From: an uncultured bacterium
GTDB taxonomy: Bacteria; Actinomycetota; Actinomycetes; S36-B12
DNA: 56,073 bases
Direction of reading: 5' to 3'
Assembly (NCBI GenBank): GCA_903909555.1
Contig: CAIVWG010000006.1
Span: 1 to 56,073, forward strand
The notes under the pieces were generated by a model that saw only the letters and a list, made by a program, of their open reading frames with translations, was not told where the DNA came from and did not search any database. Made by a program: the position numbers and the translations under genes. This document shows, one piece after another, positions 39,121 to 48,780 of this stretch (its first letter is position 1; each line of letters starts with the position of its first letter).

Positions 39121-39146
39121 GGAACGTTCCCCGCGTCCACGATGTT
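39121..39146 (+). promoter_or_regulatory. Candidate ECF sigma (SigR/SigH/SigE-type) promoter of rbpA
   Basis: It reads GGAAC-N18-GTT, with GGAAC at 39121-39125 and GTT at 39144-39146. It ends 52 nt upstream of the rbpA ATG. Confidence 0.45.
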
Positions 39147-39198
39147 GAACGACATGGTCGATCGGCCGCGTCGCTTCGACGACAAGGAAGGCGCTGAG

Positions 39199-39540
39199 AT
39201 GTCCGAGGGCACGCTGAGAGGCACCCGACTGGGGGCCACGAGCTACGAGAACGACGAGCACGTTGCTCCCGCGGAGCGCATCCTCGTTTCCTACGACTGC
39301 CCGCGCGGGCACGTCACCGTGGTGCCGTTCTCCACGGAGGCCGAGGAGATCCCGGTCCTGTGGGAGTGCCGCTGCGGGGCCGAGGGCCTGCAGCGCGAAG
39401 CATCACGACCCGAGGCCAAGGCTCAGCGCCCGGCGCGCACCCACTGGGACATGCTCATGGAGCGTCGCACTCTCGATGACCTCGAGGAACTCCTCGTGGA
39501 GCGCCTGGACCTGCTGCGCGACGCGCGCAAGTCCGCCTAA
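39199..39540 (+). CDS. rbpA: RNA polymerase-binding protein RbpA
   Basis: It has the RTHWDMLMERRT sigma-interaction motif and a Cys/His cluster (CPRGH...CRCG). An SD (AAGGAAGG) precedes ATG 39199. Confidence 0.9.
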   Translation: MSEGTLRGTRLGATSYENDEHVAPAERILVSYDCPRGHVTVVPFSTEAEEIPVLWECRCGAEGLQREASRPEAKAQRPARTHWDMLMERRTLDDLEELLVERLDLLRDARKSA

Positions 39541-39572
39541 TCCACAGCGTACTGTCGGCACGGCCGATCGAC

Positions 39573-39625
39573 GAGTGCGGAGAAGCGGGACCCACCCCTA
39601 CGCCGGGTCCTGCTTCTCCGCACTC
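39573..39625 (+). terminator. Strong hairpin after rbpA
   Basis: The arms are 21 bp (39573-39593 and 39605-39625) with 1 mismatch, the loop is 11 nt, and gttcgtt follows. The right arm lies inside the 3' end of the convergent GDPD gene. Confidence 0.55.
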
Positions 39626-40443
39626 GTTCGTTGCGGGTCCCATCGGCCGCGCTCGAGCAGCACCTCGCGGAGCAGGACGGGACGATCGGTCATGATCCCG
39701 TCGACGCCGCGGTCGAGGAGGGTCTCCATCGTCGGGCGGTCGTTGACGGTCCACACGTCGACGGGGATGCCCGCGGCCCGGGCTGCCGAGAGCAGATCCG
39801 TGCGCAGGCGGCCGGGCTCGCCGAGCACCCTCATGGGCACCTGAAGGCGCACCCCGGGTCCGAAAGTCACGGGCCGACCGGCACGCACCAGGAGCATCGC
39901 GCGCAGCACCTCGGGCGGGTGCGCTGCCGTGGCGACGCCGACGGGGAGGCAGCGGCGGGCGGCCCGCAGGCGGGAGCGGCTGAACGACGTGATGCACACG
40001 CGGCGCTCAGCCCCGGCCCGACGCACGGCGTCGGCGAGCGGGGCGATGGCGGCAGACTCCTTGACGTCGAGGTTCACTCGGGCGAGCGGGAAGGCCGCGA
40101 GCAGATCGTCGAGTCGGGGAACGCCCTCGGTGCCGCCCACGCGAGCCCGGGCCACATCGGCCCAGGTCATATCCCGGATGGTCCCGGAGCGGTCGGTCGT
40201 GCGGTCCAGGGTCGCATCGTGCATGACGACGGCGACGCCGTCACGGGTGGCACGCACATCGGTCTCGAGGTCGACGTATCCCAGGGACCACGCGTGGGCG
40301 AAGGACGCCATCGTGTTCTCCGGGGCGACCTCGGTACCCCCGCGGTGGGCGTAGGCGCGAACCCGCCGCGCGGCCTCGGGGTGGTCGGACACCGGTCCAT
40401 CCTCCCAGCCTCGCTGAGGGGTCATGGCGCCGATAAGCGACAT
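39598..40443 (-). CDS. Glycerophosphodiester phosphodiesterase family protein
   Basis: It has AHRGG...PENT and DLETDVRATRDGVAVVMHD motifs. The start is uncertain. Confidence 0.82.
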   Translation of the reverse strand: MSLIGAMTPQRGWEDGPVSDHPEAARRVRAYAHRGGTEVAPENTMASFAHAWSLGYVDLETDVRATRDGVAVVMHDATLDRTTDRSGTIRDMTWADVARARVGGTEGVPRLDDLLAAFPLARVNLDVKESAAIAPLADAVRRAGAERRVCITSFSRSRLRAARRCLPVGVATAAHPPEVLRAMLLVRAGRPVTFGPGVRLQVPMRVLGEPGRLRTDLLSAARAAGIPVDVWTVNDRPTMETLLDRGVDGIMTDRPVLLREVLLERGRWDPQRTSAEKQDPA

Positions 40444-40533
40444 TATGTCATTTCTTGCGACGTCCGCTCACGGGTTCCCGGCCGTACACCCCCCGGCGGG
40501 TTGGCGTGCGCGGACCCCCGGCAGCCTGGGCCC

Positions 40534-41031
40534 ATGTCCGACCGCCTGGCCGTCTTCGACCTCGACGGCGTCCTCGCCGACGTCCGCCATCGGGTCCACC
40601 ACGTCGAGGGCCCCCGGCGGGACTGGGATGCGTTCTTCGCCGAGGCCCTGGCCGACCCGCCGCTGGCCGACGGCCTCGAGGCCGTGGCCGTGGCCGAGGC
40701 CGAGGGGCTCGCGATCGCCTACCTCACCGGGCGTCCCGAGCGCTGCCGCGCGGATACCGAGGCGTGGCTCGATCGGGTGGGGCTGCCGCCCGGTCCCCTG
40801 CTCATGCGCCCGGACCGGGATCGACGTCCCGCGCGGATGTTCAAGGTGGAGGCCCTGCGCGACCTGGCCCGCACGACCTCGATCGCCTACCTCGTCGACG
40901 ACGATGCGGCGGTCGTCCTGGCCGCGTCAGAGGCGGGCTTCCCGGTGATCCACGCCGCCTGGATGGGCGGCGGCACCGAGGGTGTCGATCGGATCCTGTA
41001 CGACGTCCAGGAGACAGAGGGACGCACGTAG
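40534..41031 (+). CDS. HAD-like phosphatase (polynucleotide-kinase-3'-phosphatase-like small HAD)
   Basis: It has DxDxV (VFDLDGVLAD), TGRPE and a distal VDDD motif. I chose ATG 40534 inside a long shadow ORF. Confidence 0.65.
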   Translation: MSDRLAVFDLDGVLADVRHRVHHVEGPRRDWDAFFAEALADPPLADGLEAVAVAEAEGLAIAYLTGRPERCRADTEAWLDRVGLPPGPLLMRPDRDRRPARMFKVEALRDLARTTSIAYLVDDDAAVVLAASEAGFPVIHAAWMGGGTEGVDRILYDVQETEGRT

Positions 41032-41109
41032 CGTCGCCGGGCATCGACGAGTCGGCCAGAGGGCGCCGAACGACGCAGTGCGCGGGGCTCAGGCTCCCGG
41101 GGCGCGCGC

Positions 41110-42690
41110 CTATCCGGACAGCGGCCGCTGGCGCAGCGCGGCGAGTTCGGCGTCGAGGCTGTGCATGATCGGTCGCACGACGGAGTCGGGGATCGCCTCG
41201 GCATCGCGCAGCCGCAGGAGTTCCTCCTGCTGGGACTTGATGATGCCGCGCTGGTATCTGGTCACCTGCGACGCGGCCGTGACGCTCGGGTGCGGCACCC
41301 CTTCCGCGGCCCGCAATTCCGCGATGTACCGGCTGCGCAGGGCGTTGACCACGTCCTCCGGGGCGGGCTGACCGGACTTGATGCCCTCCTCCACCCAGTC
41401 GTCGATCTGCTCCAGCGCCTTGCCCGCGAGGGCGGCGCGGACCCGCCGCACCTCGTCCTCCTCCGGGCCGGCCGTGACTCCCACCCAGCGGGCGACGATC
41501 CCGAGCGTCGGGGCGAGCAGCAGGGTCGCGGTGATCACCATGAACGTCGTGGCCAGCAGGATGGACCGGTCCGGGAACGGCTCCCCGCTGGCGAGCGTGC
41601 TCGGGATCGTGAAGGCAGCCAGGCCCGACACCGGGCCCCGCGCACCGGCCCACGCGAGCACGATCCCGCTGCGCCATCCGATGCGGTCGGCACCGCTCCG
41701 GGTCGTCGCCTTGCCGAGGAGCACCATCGCGCCGACGAACGTCAGGCGTGCGAGGAGCAGCACGATGAGGATGAGCACGACGAGGACGGGGACGATGCTC
41801 CTGCCCCTCGCGTCGAGGTCCATGAACGTCTCGGGAAGCTCCAGCCCCACGAGGAAGAAGGCGAAGGCCTGCAGGATGAACGTGATCTGCCGCCAGGCCG
41901 CCACGGACGCGGGTCTCCCGCGGAAGCCGCTGTCGGTGGTCATCGCATTGGCCGCGATGAGCGCCGTGGTCACCACCGCGAGGATCCCCGACCCCTGGAC
42001 CGCCTCGGCGCCGAAGTAGGCCGGGAACGGCGCGACCAGCACCATGACGTTGACGACGAGCGAGTCCGTCGACCGGCGCATGAGCAGCACGAGGAGGAGG
42101 CCGACGATGGCCCCCACCCCGATCCCGCCGAGCACGGCGAGGGCCAGGATGCCGAGGGCCTGCCCGCCGGTGACGGCCCCCGCGGACGCCGACACGAGGG
42201 CGACCCGCAGCAGCGTGAGGCCGGTGCCGTCGTTGACGAGGCTCTCCCCCTCGAGGATCGTCACGAGGCGGTGCGGAAGCCCCACGCGTCGCGCGATGGC
42301 GGCGACGGAGACCGCATCCGTGGGCGACAGCACGGCGCCGAGGGCAAGGGCGATCGCGAGCGGGATGCCGGGGATCACCGCCGTGGCGACCGCCCCGACC
42401 GCCACGGACGAGACGACGACAAGGCCGACGGCGAGCGCGAGGACGGGTCGAGACACCCGCCGGATGTCGACGTACGACGAGGACAGCGCCTCGCCGAAGA
42501 CCAGGGGCGCGAGGACGAGGAGGAACACCGAACCCGCGTCATTGGGCGCGTTCGGGCCGAACGGGAGGACCCCGAAGAGGATCCCGGCAAAGAGCACCGG
42601 GAGGGCGATCCCCCACCCGCGGCTGCGCGCGAACGCGGCGACGAGGAGGGAGACCACCACCCCGGCGACGATCCCCTCGGTGATCTCCAT
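41110..42690 (-). CDS. Na+/H+ antiporter (CPA1/NhaP-type)
   Basis: 526 aa, with about 12 TM segments plus a cytoplasmic tail. It has ESLVNDGTGL and SPTDAV motifs. Confidence 0.85.
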   Translation of the reverse strand: MEITEGIVAGVVVSLLVAAFARSRGWGIALPVLFAGILFGVLPFGPNAPNDAGSVFLLVLAPLVFGEALSSSYVDIRRVSRPVLALAVGLVVVSSVAVGAVATAVIPGIPLAIALALGAVLSPTDAVSVAAIARRVGLPHRLVTILEGESLVNDGTGLTLLRVALVSASAGAVTGGQALGILALAVLGGIGVGAIVGLLLVLLMRRSTDSLVVNVMVLVAPFPAYFGAEAVQGSGILAVVTTALIAANAMTTDSGFRGRPASVAAWRQITFILQAFAFFLVGLELPETFMDLDARGRSIVPVLVVLILIVLLLARLTFVGAMVLLGKATTRSGADRIGWRSGIVLAWAGARGPVSGLAAFTIPSTLASGEPFPDRSILLATTFMVITATLLLAPTLGIVARWVGVTAGPEEDEVRRVRAALAGKALEQIDDWVEEGIKSGQPAPEDVVNALRSRYIAELRAAEGVPHPSVTAASQVTRYQRGIIKSQQEELLRLRDAEAIPDSVVRPIMHSLDAELAALRQRPLSG

Positions 42691-42713
42691 GGCCTGGCGA
42701 GGCTAGCGCCCCG

Positions 42714-45596
<2,883 letters not shown>

Positions 45597-45650
45597 CGCT
45601 CGCCTCCAGCGATAGGCATCGGAGTACGCCGGCGGTCGCCGGCGCTTCTC

Positions 45651-45870
45651 CCCCTCTGGTCCCGCGGTTCACCGCGACCTGAGAGCTTCACCGCCGGGCC
45701 GTGCCGGTTGCGCACGGACCCGCGGCTTTCACCTTCGGTGGAGCAGCCGCCACGGCGACATGCTCTCTCTCCAGAGTTGCCTACCCGCGCGGTTCGGGTG
45801 CCTGAGAGTTTCCGGGGAGGTTGCTCCTTCGGCGCCGGCCCGGTGGCTCCGGGTCCAGCTCTCCCGCGCG
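45651..45870 (-). promoter_or_regulatory. Tandem glycine riboswitch (two aptamers) in the gcvP leader
   Basis: On the minus strand, aptamer 1 is GGGAGAGC...GCGCCGAAGGAGCAACC...CTCTCAGGC. Aptamer 2 is CTCTGGAGAGAG...CCACCGAAGGTGAAAGC...CTCTCAGGT. A GC hairpin and a GGAGG SD follow, before ATG 45596. Confidence 0.88.
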
Positions 45871-45906
45871 GGGTCGATCAGCGAGGACAGCGTATCCCGG
45901 AATGGG

Positions 45907-46518
45907 CTAGACCGCTGCGTTTCGGGCCGCTCGGCGGGCCGAGAGCTCGTCGTCGACCGGGCCGGAGAACGACCCATCGGTCCGCTCACCGGGCAGGTTC
46001 GCCAGGGAACCCTCGACCTCCTGCCACACGCGTCCCACGGCGATCCCGAAGACACCCTGGCCCCCGCGGACGAGGTCGATGACCTCATCGGGGCTGCGGC
46101 ACTCGTAGATGGAGGCTCCGTCGCTCATGAGGGTGATCCGGGCCAGGTCGTCTCCCCCGCGGTCGGCGAGGTGCCGGACGGCCGCGCGGATGTTGGGCAG
46201 GGAGACGCCTGTGTCGATGAGCCGCTTGACGATGCGCAGGATGAGGATGTCGCGGAAGGCGTAGAGCCGCTGGGTGCCCGACCCGCTCGCGGGCCTGATG
46301 CTGGGCTCCACGAGCCCGGTACGCGCCCAGTAGTCGAGCTGGCGGTAGGTGATCCCGGCCGCGGAGCAGGCGATCGGCCCGCGGTATCCGAGACTGACCG
46401 CTTCGGAGCGCAGGACCCCGTCGTCGAAGAGACCCGGCTGGTCGACCGTCGCCGGGACCGTCACATCCCCTGCGGGGGACGGTGATCCCGACATGCCCGT
46501 CTGCACCCTCACGGTCAC
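45907..46518 (-). CDS. MerR family transcriptional regulator (Rv1830/FtsR-like by context)
   Basis: It has an HTH (ACSAAGITYRQLDYWARTGLVEP) and a wing (GTQRLYAFRDI). The start is uncertain. Confidence 0.8.
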   Translation of the reverse strand: MTVRVQTGMSGSPSPAGDVTVPATVDQPGLFDDGVLRSEAVSLGYRGPIACSAAGITYRQLDYWARTGLVEPSIRPASGSGTQRLYAFRDILILRIVKRLIDTGVSLPNIRAAVRHLADRGGDDLARITLMSDGASIYECRSPDEVIDLVRGGQGVFGIAVGRVWQEVEGSLANLPGERTDGSFSGPVDDELSARRAARNAAV

Positions 46519-46561
46519 CTACCCCTCGCCGACCGGGGCGGCGTGCACGCCCGGAGGAGCA

Positions 46562-46590
46562 ACGCTAGGGCGGCGGGACCCCCGCGTCAA
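46562..46590 (-). promoter_or_regulatory. Candidate housekeeping-sigma promoter for the MerR gene at 45907-46518
   Basis: The minus strand reads TTGACG-N17-TAGCGT, with the -35 at 46585-46590 and the -10 at 46562-46567. Confidence 0.4.
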
Positions 46591-46635
46591 CGCGACCCGC
46601 CGGTAGCGGCCGCGAGTGCCGGGCGCCGGGGTGGG

Positions 46636-47106
46636 TCAGTCGCGCGAGCCGAAGTCCTCCGGGGAAATCTGGTCGAGGAACTCCCGGAAGCGCTCGACCT
46701 CGTCCTCCTCCTCGTCCGGGATGCTGACGCCTGCCTGGTCGAGCACCGTGTCCGCGGCATAGATGCGCGAACCGGTCCTCAGCGCGAGAGCGATTGCATC
46801 CGACGGGCGGGCGCCGACGGTCGTGCCGGACTCGAACACGAGTTCCGCGTAGAAGACGCCGTCCTCCAGGGCCGTGATGCGGATCTCCTTGAGAGGTGCG
46901 GAGAGCGCAGCGATGACATCGCGCATGAGGTCGTGCGTCAATGGCCGCTGGGGGACGACACCCTGCTGCGCGAAGGCGATCGCCGTGGCCTCGACAGCCC
47001 CGATCCAGATGGGGAGGTAGCGGTCGCCCTCCACCTCGCGCAAGAGCACGATGGGCTGGTTGGAGGGCATCTCGACACGCACGCCCACGACGTCCACCTG
47101 GTGCAT
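46636..47106 (-). CDS. Bifunctional nuclease family protein (DUF151)
   Basis: 156 aa. VVGVRVEMPSNQPIVLLREVEGDRYLPIWIG is typical of DUF151. Confidence 0.8.
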   Translation of the reverse strand: MHQVDVVGVRVEMPSNQPIVLLREVEGDRYLPIWIGAVEATAIAFAQQGVVPQRPLTHDLMRDVIAALSAPLKEIRITALEDGVFYAELVFESGTTVGARPSDAIALALRTGSRIYAADTVLDQAGVSIPDEEEDEVERFREFLDQISPEDFGSRD

Positions 47107-47200
47107 GTCCTCAGACTATCCCGGCTCGGGTGGCGCGCCAGGCCCGCGCAGGGCCGGACCCCGGCGCCGCCGATCTCACCGTGAGGAGAAGCGGGGTGCC

Positions 47201-47815
47201 CTAGGGCAGTCCCGAGCGGACGAGCGTGAGGTGGAGCTCGATGCACAGCGCGAGAAGCTGACCGGTCACCTCCCGCTGATGGCTCCTCGAACGCGCCGCC
47301 TGTCGCGACGAGCCCCCGGGGCCATGCGGGGCCAGCGCCTGCTCCACGAGCCCGATCTCGCGGTCCGCGGCGACGCGAAAGGGGCGCAGGTGCCGCGGCT
47401 CGATCCCGAAGCGGCCGAGCTCCGCGACGATCGCGCACACGGCCAGGGCATCGGTGTCGCGGGCCCGGATGAGGCCGTAGCGCTCGAGGTCGGCGATGGT
47501 CTGCCGGTCCAGCCCCGAACGCTCGGAGAGTTCCGGCACGGTCATGGGACGAGCGGCGCGCGGACGGAGGTCTCGCGCACTGACCCCGGGCGCCTCACCC
47601 GAGGGATCGCCGCGGTCGAGCACGTCGCGGATGACGTGAAGAGGCAGGTACTCGTCGCGCTGCAGCCGCAGGATCCTGCGCAGTCGAGCCAGGTCACCCT
47701 CGTCGTAGCGCCGGCTGCCCCTCGTGGTGCGCCCCGGCGACACGAGACCCTGGTCCTCCAGGTAGCGCACCTTCGACACGGTGAGGTCGGGGAACTCCTC
47801 CTGCAGGGCGGCCAC
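47201..47815 (-). CDS. MerR family transcriptional regulator (Rv1828-like by context)
   Basis: It has LTVSKVRYLEDQGLVSPGRTTRGSRRY and QRDEYLPLHVI. The start is GTG. Confidence 0.8.
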   Translation of the reverse strand: MAALQEEFPDLTVSKVRYLEDQGLVSPGRTTRGSRRYDEGDLARLRRILRLQRDEYLPLHVIRDVLDRGDPSGEAPGVSARDLRPRAARPMTVPELSERSGLDRQTIADLERYGLIRARDTDALAVCAIVAELGRFGIEPRHLRPFRVAADREIGLVEQALAPHGPGGSSRQAARSRSHQREVTGQLLALCIELHLTLVRSGLP

Positions 47816-47850
47816 CGCGGCGCCGATGCTGAGAGGCCGGGTCGACGCGC

Positions 47851-48327
47851 TCAGGCCGATCCGCCCACGAGGTAGGCGAAGCGGTACTTGCCGATCTGGA
47901 CTTCATCACCCGGCTCGAGCAGCCGGTCCTCGACGCGCTGCCGGTTGACGTAGGTGCCGTTGAGGCTCTCAGTGTCCTGCAGGCGCCAGCCTTCGGCGGA
48001 GCGGGTGAACTGCGCATGGCGTCGACTCACCGTCACGTCATCGAGGAAGAGATCGGAGTCGGGCTCACGGCCGGCCGTGACGACGTCGCCCGTGAGGAGA
48101 TAGGTGGCTCCCTCGTTGAGTCCGCGCCGGACGACCAGTACGCCGGCACCCTCCGGCACGCCGGCCATGATGCCCGACCCCACGGCGGGCAGGGACCCGG
48201 ACGACACGGGTCCGAAGGCTCCGACGAAGGTCTCCTCCGACTCGGTCGGGAGGGCAGCGCCGCATCGACGGCAGAAGCGGTCGCCCGGGTCGGCGACGTG
48301 CTGGCAGGCGGACGGATCGTCCCCCAC
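47851..48327 (-). CDS. FHA-domain protein, GarA/OdhI-like, with an N-terminal zinc-ribbon-like segment
   Basis: The FHA core is TAGREPDSDLFLDDVTVSRRHAQF...SLNGTYVN. The GTG at 48327 is 1 nt after the gcvH stop codon, with a GGGGAG SD. Confidence 0.8.
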   Translation of the reverse strand: MGDDPSACQHVADPGDRFCRRCGAALPTESEETFVGAFGPVSSGSLPAVGSGIMAGVPEGAGVLVVRRGLNEGATYLLTGDVVTAGREPDSDLFLDDVTVSRRHAQFTRSAEGWRLQDTESLNGTYVNRQRVEDRLLEPGDEVQIGKYRFAYLVGGSA

Positions 48328-48328
48328 G

Positions 48329-48706
48329 TCACTCCCCGCCGGTGAGTTCGCGGTAGGCGGCCGCGTCCATGAGTCCGTCGCGCGGACCCGTGACCGCCAC
48401 CTCGACGAGCCATCCGCCACCGTACGGATCGGAGTTGATCGTCTCGGGGGCCTGACCGAGGACCTCGTTGACCGCGGTGACCTGACCGCTCACCGGTGCG
48501 TAGATCTCGCTCACGCTCTTCGTGGACTCGACCTCGCCGCACGGCTCGTGCGCCACGATGGCATCCCCCACCTTGGGGAGGCTGACGTACACGATGTCTC
48601 CCAGTGCATCCTGGGCGTAGTCGGTAATCCCGAACGTCACCGCATCCCCACCGGCATCACGGACCCACTCGTGGTCCTTCGTGTAGCTGAGCTCGTCGGG
48701 GATCAC
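48329..48706 (-). CDS. gcvH: Glycine cleavage system H protein
   Basis: It has the lipoyl-lysine motif EVESTKSVSE. The GTG at 48706 has a GGAGG SD. The ORF track starts upstream at 48784. Confidence 0.9.
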   Translation of the reverse strand: MIPDELSYTKDHEWVRDAGGDAVTFGITDYAQDALGDIVYVSLPKVGDAIVAHEPCGEVESTKSVSEIYAPVSGQVTAVNEVLGQAPETINSDPYGGGWLVEVAVTGPRDGLMDAAAYRELTGGE

Positions 48707-48780
48707 GTCGCCTCCTCGCGCGGATGGTTGTGGTTCTACCACCGCGAACCTATCCGTGAGGGCCTGCACAGGCAAGGAGA

